From contig OX597823.1 of the NCBI GenBank assembly GCA_951406725.2, positions 2,666,001-2,730,000 of the forward strand: a DNA stretch of 64,000 bases, written 5' to 3'. Source of the DNA: Octopus vulgaris (taxonomy: Eukaryota). The translations under genes were made by a program, and so were the position numbers. Positions 40,936 to 53,213 of this stretch are shown one piece after another (positions within the stretch are counted from its first letter, which is position 1; each line of letters opens with the position of its first letter). The notes beneath the pieces were generated by a model that did not search any database, was not told the origin of the DNA, and saw only the letters and a program-made list of their open reading frames with translations.

Positions 40936-41850
40936 TTAATAGAGGTTTTCCATCAATACATTTACTTATTTTCATGTTAATTGATAATATTATAAAGCGG
41001 GTAGATATACGGACAGAGATGTTGATTTGAATGTTAAGAACATTAAGGTCTTAGAATTTATCTTCTGACTGAAGAATATTCTTTAAGTTATATGGAACTG
41101 CTAGAAAGTGGGGAGGGATGTTCTGTTGGATGGAGACAAAAGAGATTTTCTATTTATAGAAGTAGGTAGGGGTGAAATAAATGTCAGAAATTATTCCTAA
41201 AGAAAATTAAAGTGGAAGGGGTTATATTGTCTTAGAGGCTGTTTACTCCTATTTGGCAATGTGATTTTGTATCAAGAAAACTAGGTCAATGCTAAATGAT
41301 CACAATGGCCATCCATAAACTAAATAGTTACAGAAAATACAGAGATTCCTTTATACTTATACAAACATATACAAATATGCATCCGCTTTAATCTATAAGA
41401 TTATACTTGGCTAGTAGGGGCTGATTATTTCAATAAGTTGGATTAAAAGAGAATTATAAATCTAATATTTATTAAGATCGTACCAGATTACCGAAGATAT
41501 TCTTGTTGCTTATTTGGATATATATAAATGAAAGGAGGTTTGAAAATGCAATTTTAAAAGATGTCTATTCACTTGACTGGTTTCACTTTTTTATAAAAAG
41601 ATTATCAAAAGTAAACTGTAAAGCTTTGTTGTGTTAAGTACTGGTTGTCACAAAAATATTACAATATATATATGCATTCTTTGATAATAATAAGAACATG
41701 TTAAAAACAGTTTACAAGGAAAAATCTTGGGAAGATATAAAAAAAAGTTCATTAAAATATTGGGCACAAAAAATTACAATACATATATACATTCTTTGAT
41801 AATAATAAGAAAATATTAAAAACAGTTTAGAGAAAAAAAAATTTTTTGAG

Positions 41851-41899
<49 letters not shown>

Positions 41900-41903
<4 letters not shown>

Positions 41904-42312
41904 TCTTTTAATCTTTTACTCGTTTCAGTCATTTGACTGCGGCCATGCTGGAGCACCGCCTTTTAGTCGAGCAAATCGATCACAGGACTTATTCTTTGGA
42001 AGCCTAGTACTTATTCTATTGGTCTCTTTACCAAACCACTAAGTTACGGGGACATAAACATACCAGCATCGGTTGTCAAGCGATGTTTGGGGGACAAACA
42101 CAGACACAAACATATGCACACACACATACATATATAAATGTATATATACACATATATACGACGGGCTTCTTTCAGTTTCCGTCTACCAAATCCACTCACA
42201 AGGCTTTGGTCTGCTCGAGACTATAGTAGAAGACACTTGCCCAAGGTGTCACGCGGTGGGACTGAACCCGGAACCATGTGATTGGTAAGCAAGCTACTTA
42301 CCACACAGCCAA
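41900..42312 (-). mobile_element. Family A CORE-like tRNA SINE, near full length
   Basis: Head ggctgtgtggtaag...ggttcagtccc, core ccttgggcaagtgtctt, LINE-like tail ggtgctccagcatggccgcag. Confidence 0.88.
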
Positions 42313-42682
42313 TACTAGTAATATCAAATATATTTGTATATGCAAACATGTGCATATATATGTGTGTTACACACACATACACACATACGTATGTCAGTCA
42401 ATGTATGTATACATATATACCCATGTATATCTATGTGTGTGTATATATATATATGCATATATGTATACATACGTATATATGTGTGTATGCGTCTGTGTGT
42501 GTATACACATATAGATATATACATGTATATATATATGATATAGGTGTGAATGTACACACACATACACACATATTGATATATAAACATGGGTGTACACATA
42601 TATAAATGAATAGATATGCTTACATTAATGTAGATACATATGCGTTTAAATAAATACTTATGGGGGTAGATGGGCGAGTATT

Positions 42683-42736
<54 letters not shown>

Positions 42737-42763
42737 TGTGCGCGCGTTCAGCATCTACCTTAC

Positions 42764-42856
42764 CCTTTACAAACCAGTTCTATCATTCCCTCTGATCCAA
42801 TGGTCATTGTTTGGTCGACCCAAGCACCAGGATCCATAAGTTTCTCGAATGCGAAA
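42764..42856 (-). CDS. Lipoxygenase exon F (DFAFEKLMDPGAWVDQTMTIGSEGMIELVCK)
   Basis: cag acceptor, gtaagg donor, 93 nt, phase 2 to 2; arched-helix and Coffa-site region. Confidence 0.92.
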
Positions 42857-42961
42857 CTGCAAAAACATAGATTCAGGAGAAAAAAATGTATTAATTCACA
42901 TAATAATACTGTAGAGAGGAATATTTTTATTATATATATATAAAATAAAAAACCATTTCCT

Positions 42962-43032
42962 ATGTACTAATTAGTTTCACTCGTTAATATTTACGTATAT
43001 GGACACGCAAACATCTGCAAGATCATCAGCAT
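42962..43032 (-). ncRNA. Minimal hammerhead ribozyme motif ~105 nt upstream of the exon F acceptor
   Basis: ATG-CTGATGA-TCTTG...CGAGT-GAAACTAATTAGTA-CAT; palindromic stem III ACTAATTAGT. Confidence 0.55.
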
Positions 43033-43329
43033 CTGTCGTTAATTTTAAATAAAAAAATGTTCTCTAACCGGTAAATTGACTGCTGTAGTTTATTAACTGC
43101 AGAGTAATTCCCGATCTCAGCGCGCCAAAGTGAAGGCATTTGAAAGATACACATACATATAATTTGTAGAACTTTATACATGCTGAATTGCGGTTGAGCG
43201 TTCTGTATCTAGTTCTGGAAATTGTGTTTTATAAAATTTACGGCAGCGAATTCGTGACGAACCCTTTTTCTTTTCACTGTCGTTTTTTCACTTCATCTTT
43301 TTTACAGCGGCCCTCTCGATCTATACCTG

Positions 43330-43755
43330 TTGTTGTGCTCTTTCCTTCATATCTTCGTTACCAGCTCCTTCACTCTCTCTTTCAGACCTTCCTCTTCCTA
43401 TCTCCCCTCTCCTTTTTCATATCTTCTTTCTTTTTCCGCTTCCCTCTCCCTTCCTTTGTCTCTCTTTACACCTATCTCTCTCCTTCTCTTTTCCATATCC
43501 TTCTCCTTTTCTCATCTCTTTCCCTCATTCTGTCTCTCCCTCCCTTTGTCTCTTTCTACATCTACCTCTCTCCCTCTCTGTTTCATAACTCTCACTTTTC
43601 CTCTCCTCTCCTTCCATTTCATATCTTCCTCCTTTTCTCACTTCTCTCTCCCTTCTTTTGTCTCCCTCTCCATCTACCTCTTTCCCTCTCACCTCACCCT
43701 CTCCCTCATATACTTCTCTTCTCACTCCGTCTCTCCACATCCTTCATTCTCTCAT
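43330..43755. repeat. Polypyrimidine (CT-rich) low-complexity tract
   Basis: Direct inspection. Confidence 0.9.
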
Positions 43756-43759
43756 AAGA

Positions 43760-44375
43760 CAACACAATATAGTCACATGCAATACATATCGCCCACCAGA
43801 TGGTCCAAACCACATAGGCAAGTTTGACGATTGCCTCACAAGAATTAAAGAAATCCTCATGAAACTGGAACACCACGTGAGCGTATTTCTTATGAGTGAT
43901 TTCAACTTCCCCAACGTCAAATGGCCCGAAGGACTCATGCTTTCAAGAATGACGCATTGCAAGCAAGCACAGGTGGAGTCCCTGCTCAACCTCACTAATG
44001 ACCTATTCACGGAGCAAGTTGTACTTAGACCAACTAGGGCGAATAACATTTTGGATCTCTGCTTCACAAATAATATGGACATCGTTCATGGTGTGAAAAT
44101 GACGCCGACACTAGTTTCGGATCACAACATAATAGAAATGTCTATGTATGGACCAAAAGTAGCTAGAGAAATACAGTCTTAAGGAAGCACCCAGAATCTC
44201 TCCAATCGGAACCAGAAATATGTCCCACAGCATAAGGCCAACACAAAAAGGAACAAGATTCCAAGGAAGAGGAAGATCCTCATGAGACGACGGACGAAGG
44301 ATGCAAATAACCTCAACCAACATTCCAAAAGTGGTGAAAGGTCCCGCCTAAAAACAACACTGATGGAGAGTGAAA
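43760..44375 (+). mobile_element. CR1-like LINE endonuclease fragment (paralogous to 9945-10510)
   Basis: YRPP, DFNFP and PTRANNILDLCFTN...SDHN. Confidence 0.88.
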
Positions 44376-44380
44376 AAAGG

Positions 44381-44417
<37 letters not shown>

Positions 44418-44669
44418 CAGTAGTAGAAGTGGTCGTTGTAGTCATGGTGGTGGCAGTGGCAGGAGTGATAGGAATGATATTACAAACAACTGGGGTTTTT
44501 TTGTATGTTTCTGAATGGCCTTCCAGGCTGCAATTGCTTTGGTTTCAGCGCATCATATCAGATCAAAACATCTGCTACGCAAGTACGTCTCCGATAATAA
44601 AATTCAAAAATATCTGTTAGAAAATGGTGTACTTATTCATTAAAATAACAAGAACTAAAAAGCACTTAC

Positions 44670-44787
44670 TCGTTGATAAGCATAAGTAAATAAGTGTGAG
44701 GGGCCAAAATTTTGAAGAGTGGATGCGTCGGATATATATTCCTATGCATGTGAGCAATGACAATTTGCATCAGCATATGGGTTAAAC
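44670..44787 (-). CDS. Lipoxygenase exon E (GLTHMLMQIVIAHMHRNIYPTHPLFKILAPHTYLLMLIN)
   Basis: cag acceptor, gtaagt donor, 118 nt, phase 1 to 2; TH iron ligand and HPxxKxLxPH motif. Confidence 0.95.
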
Positions 44788-45009
44788 CTGAAAAAGAATA
44801 TTATTTTCATCTTGTATTTTACATCATATATGCGATAAGCGATTTAACACGAATACATTTTTATAGTTTTTTGCTGTTTTACTGGCTTCAGTGTTACAGG
44901 GGTGACCACAATGGAGCAATGCTTTCATGGGTTTTTAGTCCTAGTCTTCTATAAATTTAATTTATTAATATCTAGGTTGTTTTATAGGAAGCCTGACTCG
45001 AGTTCACAA

Positions 45010-45071
<62 letters not shown>

Positions 45072-45072
45072 G

Positions 45073-45119
<47 letters not shown>

Positions 45120-45377
45120 GTCTATCTATCTATCTATCTATTTTTCTTCTTTTTTCTTTTGTTCCTTTTCCTTTTCTTTTTTTTCTTTCTTCTTTTTTTT
45201 ATTTTTTATTTTATTTTATTTTTTTTTTTTTGTTCTTTTCTTCTCTTTTACGATCCCTCTTGATCGAAAACCTACGCCACCCTTTTTTTTCATCCCCCAA
45301 AAGAAAAGCTCTACCTTGTAACTTGTCCCATCTGTGTGCAGCCCTGTGTGGCCAATAAAGAAACTTATCTATCTATA

Positions 45378-45434
<57 letters not shown>

Positions 45435-45455
45435 GTCTATCTGTCTATCTGTCTA

Positions 45456-45510
<55 letters not shown>

Positions 45511-45515
45511 CTCTC

Positions 45516-45574
<59 letters not shown>

Positions 45575-45611
45575 GTCTACCAGTCTGCATGTCTGTGTAT
45601 CTCTCCGTCTG

Positions 45612-45663
<52 letters not shown>

Positions 45664-45665
45664 AC
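45010..45665. repeat. Two (CTAT/CTGT)n microsatellites
   Basis: 45010-45140 and 45366-45665. Confidence 0.95.
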
Positions 45666-46842
45666 ATGTTTGTATGTATGTATTGCAAATTTTATTAGCA
45701 ATAATATATAGAAATTTTTTTTATTTTATGGTTAATTTTCCATAATATTTTCCCAGAAGATTTGGAGATGTTCCTTATAAAGTATTCATCAAGCAGAAAT
45801 TACTGTCACCGACAGTACAATGCATCTCTACGACTTCCAAGGAGGAGGAAGTGGACCAGCGAAGGAAACAGGATAGTGATGCAGTGCTACTTAGAAAGTG
45901 AACCTAAAAGAAGGGGCCATAGAAAATGGGTGTTGATACTTTGGGTAGAGAAGGGTATGTTTCAAGTAACTGAGCTGAGATCAGTAGATCAAGCTAATGA
46001 AGTGGATGAGAGAAATGGAGGGGAGAAGAGATCACTTGAGAACTGGAAAAGAAAGACCAGACAGTGGGAAAGACAAACAACGACATAAGAGATACAACTG
46101 AAACAAAAGAAGAACCCAAAGGAAAAAAATAATAACAATAAGGAAGGGACAACTGGCTTTGAGTGATTTGAGTGATTTAAGTGGGGAAGATGAGAATATT
46201 TTAGATGAGTTTCAGGAAATAAATGAGTAAAGAAACAAGAAAAAGATTTCCAGCATTAAAAGACATCAACAGAAGGAAGCTACAAGGAGTGACTTGGAAA
46301 GTAGATTCTGTTGTCAGTTGGATAGGATAGATGCTAAAAATATAGGAGACACTAACTTATTGATCTGTGCAGGAGGGGTAGTAGTACTTGCCACAAGATT
46401 AGATATTCCACTGGGTAAGATTAGAAAAGAGCAAATGTGGAAAAGGAGACTACAAAACAAAGTGGAGACTTTAAAACAAGACCTGGGTAGAATAGAAGCC
46501 TGGAAACTGAACAAGTTAGGAAGCACAAGATACAGATCTTCCCTTGAGAAAAGATACCTAGGCAAGAAAGCATTTGGGACAATAATAGAAGATTTGAAAC
46601 AGCGTATCATAGCAGTAGCAGGCAGCATCTCCAGTTATAAGAAAAGAATAGATCTGTATCAACAGAATAGATTATTTGAGACAGACCAGAGGAGATTTTA
46701 TAACCAAATAAAGATGAGAAACCTAATGCAGAAGAAGCTAGAAAGTTTTGCAGTAATATTTGGGATAGACCAAATGCAGTATGGTTAAAGAAAGTGAGGA
46801 AAGAAGCAGTGAGTGAGAAACAGCCAAATCTATGATTAGCTA

Positions 46843-47247
46843 CTCTCTTTTACTCTTTTACTTGTTTCAGTCATTTGACTGCGGTCATGCTGGAGCACCG
46901 TCTTTAATCGAGCAACTCGACCCTGGGACTTATTCTTTTGTAAGCCCAGTACTTATTCTATCGGTCTCTTTTGCCGAACCGCTAAGTAACGGGGACATAA
47001 ACACACCAGCATCGGTTGTCAAGCAATGCTAGGGGGACAAACATAGACACACAAACACACACACGCATATATATACATATATACGACGGGCTTCTTTCAG
47101 TTTCCATCTACCAAATCCACTCACAAGGTTTTGGTCGGCCCGAGGCTATAGTAGAAGACACTTGCCCAAGGTGCCACGCAGTGGGACTGAACCCGGAACC
47201 ATGTAGTTGGTAAACAAGCTACTTACCACACAGCCACTTCTGCGCCT
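46843..47247 (-). mobile_element. Family A SINE, full length, nested in a Dong-like element
   Basis: Near-identical to 41900-42312. Confidence 0.9.
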
Positions 47248-47830
47248 AGTGTATTAAGTGTTAGGAAAAATGCCGAATTGGATGGCGCCAGGACTAGAGT
47301 TTGTTCAAGGGTAATGGCAAAAGAAATTTAGTAGTTTAAATGAAGGTGGATGAGGGAACAATTCCAGGATTGCCTTAATGAAAGAATAATACCAGATTAG
47401 ATGGCTAGAGGGAGGACACAACCCCTTATGAAAGATAAAAGCAAGGGTAGTACAGCTAGCAATTATAGACCAATCACTTGCTTACCACTAGTGTGGAATC
47501 CGTTAACAAGAATGCTTTCAGAAAGCATTTACGAGCACCTTGACAACCAGAACCTACTACCAGAAGAACAGAAAGGTTGCAGAAACAGAAAAAGCAATCA
47601 ATACCACCCAATCTAAAAAAAAAAAAAAACATCTAAAAACCTTAAAAATACCCTACAATCAAGATGTATTGCAAAAGTCGGCATTACTTGGAACTGCACG
47701 CATATTGTGTAAAGTACTGTCTGTGTGAGGTCCTTGTTGTGACTTGACAAACACAAACAGTACAAAACCCCGATAGATACAACATCTTCAATCAACAACC
47801 ACATGATATTGTATAATGTGCGGCGACGTC

Positions 47831-47902
<72 letters not shown>

Positions 47903-48332
47903 TAATAATAATACTAAACACAGTAGAAAGTGATAAGTGCAGAATCTCAAGGCAACTACAGTACCAGTGATTGTAGGATCTCTAGGAATGATAAAAAAGG
48001 TACTGAAACCTATTTGAAAATGATTCCAGGCTTACCATCCCTACAGGAAGTGGAAAAAATCGTGTTAACTGGTACGGTTCATGTACTGAGAAGAGCACTA
48101 TCGCTGTGAAAACAACATCCATCCATGAATTTAATATTTATTAATTTTTAAATACATATTTTATCTGTGAATTTGCGCATGTAATCTGGGAATGCATACA
48201 ATGAGCTTCTCTGCCCTAGGTGTATGGAAAACACTCGGCGAGAAACGGAAGAAAATTTGAAGAAGGAAAAACATAATAATAATAATGATAATAATGATAA
48301 TAATAATGATGATGATGATGATGATGATGATG

Positions 48333-48402
<70 letters not shown>

Positions 48403-48541
48403 ACAGGTATGGGAAGACATCTCAATCGCCAACCTGAGGAGAATACTAACGAAGGCTCATAAGTGGAAATCCCCTGGTATTGATAGAGTACCAAATTTCT
48501 GGCTCTCATCACTCTCGTCCGCACACAAAATGTTAGTAATT

Positions 48542-48873
48542 TCTCTATATATAAACGGCAAAATGTCTGTGTGTGTGTCCTTTATAGAGATCCACAATTT
48601 TTCAGTTAGTGGGTTCGCACTTTCTATGATCATTTCAAACCGTCCAAGGGTGATCGTGCACATCTTTACATTTCCCAGTCACCCCGCAAAGCCATTAAAA
48701 AATTAATAGAAGTGACTATTTTGTGAATTTTCTATCCAAAACCCAATCAAAATGCCCGAAACTTGATACACCAATTGAATGCCAGCTAGCTATATGTGAT
48801 TGGTCGGAGATTTGGACAGTACTCGCGTGTACGTGCGCACACACGCAGCTGCATATGCATGCACTAGCACTAT
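48542..48873 (+). mobile_element. Non-autonomous Helitron-like insert in a Dong RT fragment
   Basis: Interrupts RT between ...HKML and LYNSIMKDP; starts tctctatatataaa...tgtctgtgtgtg; ends with catgcactagcactat, identical to 399-414. Confidence 0.5.
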
Positions 48874-51569
48874 ATAATAGTATTATGAAAGACCCGGAAA
48901 AAACACCCCATTGGATGGCAAATGGTATTATTTACCTCCCCCGCAAAAATAAGAAAACGAAAGACCCAAAAAACTACCGGCCTATAACATGTTTATCTAC
49001 TCCCTATAAGATTTTGACAGCTATTCTAGTAGAGAAAACATATACGTTTATGGAAGAGAATAACCTCTTCCCCACTGAACAAAAAGGATGCAGACGAGGC
49101 TCATACGGATGCAAAGATCAGCTCCTAATTAATTGCATGATCCTTGAGAACTGCCATAACAAGCGCAGAAAGCTCAGCTCTTCATGGATTGATTATAAAA
49201 AAGCCTTTGACAGCATACCGCATTCGTGGATTCTGAAATCGCTGGACATTTTCAAAATTTCTCCTGTGATGTCAAATTTTTAAAGTATAATATGTCACAA
49301 TGGAAGACGAAGCTCCAATTATATCATTCTAATGGAGTATTGCACTCAAACAATATTAGCATAAACTGTGACAGTGTTCCACCGGGCAGGCTCACAGATA
49401 CTGGTCCGACTCCAGCCTGTCGTTACCCAGCAATGGACCAGCACACATGGCATAGACGGAACACAGAAATCAATGCTGTTGTCATGGAGTATTACTACCT
49501 GAGCAACCCTGTAGACGAAAAAGGGGTTCATATAGGGGATACCGACAGAATATGCATGATCAACTCACGGAACAGAGATTATGTGATCAAGCTAGAGCAA
49601 TGAGAAAAAAATCGTTGGTTCACAAAAGTAGAACTCGAAGCTATCAAAAGACAGTTATTGGAAAACAGCAGCAGAGGAAACGATGAAAATACAGTTCCTA
49701 CAGATAAAAGTAATCTCATAGCAGAAAACAGTGTTGAAATCTCTAATAAACCACAGTAAAAGAACAGTGATAGCTTGCTCGATGAGAGACATATAGATGG
49801 TTTGGGAGAAGACAATAAAACTAATGGTGACATTACAGATGGGCCTTCGACAGAATAAAGGCAAGGCTACAGGAGATTGATAGCGACATTATTTGCAACC
49901 TTAAACAGGTTGATCGATGGAAATTGAACCAAGAAACGAAAAATGTCAATGAAATTCTGAAATACATCAGAACAAACAACATCACAGAAACAAATAATTT
50001 GATCAAAGCAGCAAGTATTGTTGTAGCAGAAAATGTGGTGTCGATGTCAAGAAAAAGAAGCATAATGGGAGTGACAAAAGAAAAGATCCATGGTGGAAAA
50101 GAAGAATAGAGGCGAGGTTAGACATGCTTTCGAATGACATTTCTGAGTTAGGCCGAAATGAGAAGGGGGAGCTTAAAAGCGAACAAAAATACAGGGCGCT
50201 GAAAAGGAAGTATAATATTGAAAGAAAGGGCCTGAAAGTGGTAATGGAGGAACTGAAACAGCGCCTCATTGCAAAGAAAGCAAAGATGGTAAGATACGAC
50301 TAAAGTGTGAAGGGTTACCACCAGAATAGGCTATTCGGAGTAGATCAGAAGAGATTCTATAAAGAAATAAATGGAGGATGTACAGATGAAAATTTGATAC
50401 AAGATAACATTGAAAGTCAAAGGTTTTGGAATGACATCTGGAGCAAAGACAAGGAGCACAAGAAGGATGCTGAATGGTTGCAAGAACTGAAACAAACAGT
50501 AGCCTGTCCAAAACAGGCAGAAATAGTCATTTCAGTTAAGGAAGTGAAGAAATCAGCAAAAAAAAAAAAATGACCAACTTGAAGGCCCCGGGACCAGATG
50601 GAGTTCAAGGCTACTGGATCAAAAGATTTGGTGAATGTCGTGCATGAATAGCTGCGCAACTCAACACTTTGTTAAATGCCGACCAAGCAAAACCAGAGTG
50701 GGTGGGACATTGGGTAGGACTGTGCTGTGCCTGAAAAACATCGGAAAAGGCAATACGGTAGACAATTACAGGCCGATATCCTGTTTGCCACTTACGTGGA
50801 AATTGTTGGTTGGAATAGTCGCAGAGTCAATGTACGGACATCTGGCAAAAAATAGAGTCCTGCCACAAGAGCAGAAGGGGTGCAAGCGTAAGTGCCAGAG
50901 GAAGACAAAACTGTACTTAGAGACTGCAAGAGGAGGAAAACTAACTTAGCAATGTCACGGATCGATTATCGTAAGGCGTACGATATGATCCCACATTCTT
51001 GTAGCAGGAGTAATCGCATGGACACTTTGCAACAAGTATGGACTTGACAGAGCAAAAAAGTGGTACGAACATAAACCCAAAGGCACCATCGAAAATGATA
51101 ATGCAAAGATCCTATATGATTTTATGATTCAGTTCGACTAGGAGATAGAGAATAGGAAGCCGGACATAGTCTTAATTGAGAAAAAAGCAAACGATGCTGG
51201 ATGATAGATATAGCATGCCCAGCTGACAACAAAGTATGTGATAAGGAAGAGAGAAAAGTCGAGAGATATGACAAGTTAGCTTGGGAAGTTAAGCAGTTGT
51301 GATCGCTGAATAAGGTGGTAGTAGTACCAATAATTGTTGGAGCCCTGGGAACAGTGAGTAAAAATCTCGAGAAGTACGCGGAACAAATAGGGGCTGCAAT
51401 AAGTGTGGAGACTTGCAGAAAACAGCACTGCTTGGAACCGCTCCAATACTCCGGAAGATGCTCGAAAAATAAGAGGTGTTACCTTAGTTCACTGGTAGTG
51501 AACAGCTGACGCTGTAGTACATCTTCAGTGCTAGAAGCTGTGCAAAGACAATAAAATAATAATAATAAC

Positions 51570-51712
51570 AATCCTTTCTACTGGAAGCCCAAGGCCTTAG
51601 AGTCGGGAGAAAGGACTCAGTCGATTACATCGACCCTAGTGCATAACTGGTAATTATTTAATCGAACCCGAAAGGATGAAAGGCAAAGTCGACCCCAGCG
51701 AAATTTGAACTC

Positions 51713-51766
<54 letters not shown>

Positions 51767-51797
51767 CGACGACGACGACAACAACAACAACAACAAC

Positions 51798-51829
<32 letters not shown>
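51570..51829 (-). mobile_element. Family B SINE fragment plus (AAC/GAC/AAT)n abutting exon D donor
   Basis: SINE core at 51620-51712; microsatellite at 51713-51827. Confidence 0.85.
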
Positions 51830-51926
51830 CCAAGTGCACAACAGATTGATGATAATTGGCATCAGCCATATTGTACCACATTTTAGCAAGAGTCCAAACG
51901 CCTTCATCGTCTGTTGGAAGAAAGAC
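51830..51926 (-). CDS. Lipoxygenase exon D (VFLPTDDEGVWTLAKMWYNMADANYHQSVVHL)
   Basis: tag acceptor, gtatta donor, 97 nt, phase 0 to 1; WxLAK motif and first iron-binding His. Confidence 0.93.
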
Positions 51927-52270
51927 CTAAAAGAAAGTGGTAAATGTCAATATTTCATAAGTAAATATTTGAACATCGAAATGAAATTAACTGGAAGACA
52001 CAGACATATAGACAACCAGATCAACGCATACGCATAGATATCCAGCATGGTTGCATAGACATGCAAATCTCATGGGAAGTTGATTTCCTCAAAGAATTGT
52101 AACATACATAGGATATAGGGAGAAGTAAGAAGAAAAATAAGCGAAAATGCACATTGGAACTCAAAAAAAGTAAAGGCTTTTTATGAAAAGTAACGATAGA
52201 TATATACAATTAGATGAACTGAGGTAGGAATAAAAGTAATGAAAGTCATTATTGTGAATTGTTAAAGAGA

Positions 52271-53213
52271 TTCAAAAGCATACCGGTTTCGTAAAATTAT
52301 TAATCATTGCTTTGAATGCACACCGATCACTGCACGGTGTCAGGTCTACTAGTCCCTGAGTAAAAGATGTCAGGTCTAGTTCTGGATTTGGTGCAATTAG
52401 GTAGAAATATATCTTTAATGTGAATGGTATATAATGTATGGGGATTAGTGGTATTAATTGAAAGGTTAGTAATGTTCTGTATTATGTTATGTATTCATAT
52501 TGAGTTGTGGAATATATTTATTAATGTTCTTTTATTCATTCTTTGTTGTACTGAGGTATTCTGTGAACATTGATAGAAGGGGAAAATTAGGATTAAGATT
52601 CCTAGCACACTTTCTATGTGTTCCCTAACCTGTATCTGTCTGTATTGTGTGTGTCGGATTTGTTCTTTGTCTTAGTGACATTCCTGTTTGCCCAATATAT
52701 TGATTACCGCACCCTAAGCGTGTAATGGCATAGATTAGGTTTTCCGAGGCACAGGTAAAGTTTGACTTTATCTTAAATATTTCACCTTGTTTAAAGTGGA
52801 ACTCTGTACCCGCCAAAAGGTGGGGGCATGTGCCACAGTTAGATCGTCCGCATTTTTTCACGTTTAGTTCCTTTGTTAATAGATATAGTCTTGCGTTGGT
52901 TAATATTATTTTTAATGATTTCGGTTGCATTTTGCTCCTGATAATTTTGTGTGAGCCTAAAATTTTGTTCATTGTTTTATCTCCTGTGAGAATGGATAGA
53001 TTTTGTATGATGATGGGTTTATATAAGATGTCTGTTTCGATATGGTTATTGACTATTTTAATTAGGATGTCAAGAAAAGGAAGTTGTTTATTGCTGTGGT
53101 CCATGCTGAATTGTATGTTGCTATTGATATCGTTGTGCATTATTTTGAAATCGAGGAGTTTGTCAATGCTATCTTTCCAAAGTATAAAGCAATCATCTAA
53201 ATAACTCTTCCAG
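52271..53213 (-). mobile_element. Penelope-like element 3' part (RT end, GIY-YIG, degenerate hammerhead)
   Basis: YLDDCFILW, LPFLDI, KCGRSNCGTC and NLIYAI...QYIGQTG; ttcaaagca-ATGATTA...GAAACCGGTA-tgcttttgaa at 52271-52316. Confidence 0.88.

Larger units (their letters stand above)
45830..51570 (+). mobile_element. Tandem nest of at least four R4/Dong-clade RLE element fragments
   Basis: N-terminal WTSE.N..VMQCY..SEP (45850, 49470); YQQNRLF..DQRRFY; NYRPITCL (47460, 48970, 50765); IDYKKAFD; NRKPDI; 3' ends LLGTA (47685, ~51430) and LTGT (48065), each followed by (AAT)n. Confidence 0.85.

Noticed and set aside
41900-42312. tRNA genes in SINE heads
   Set aside because: A/B-box-like motifs run into SINE bodies in many copies; no complete cloverleaf seen.
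43188-43827. Hydrophobic Leu/Ser/Phe-rich ORFs resembling membrane proteins
   Set aside because: Translations of a CT-rich low-complexity tract.
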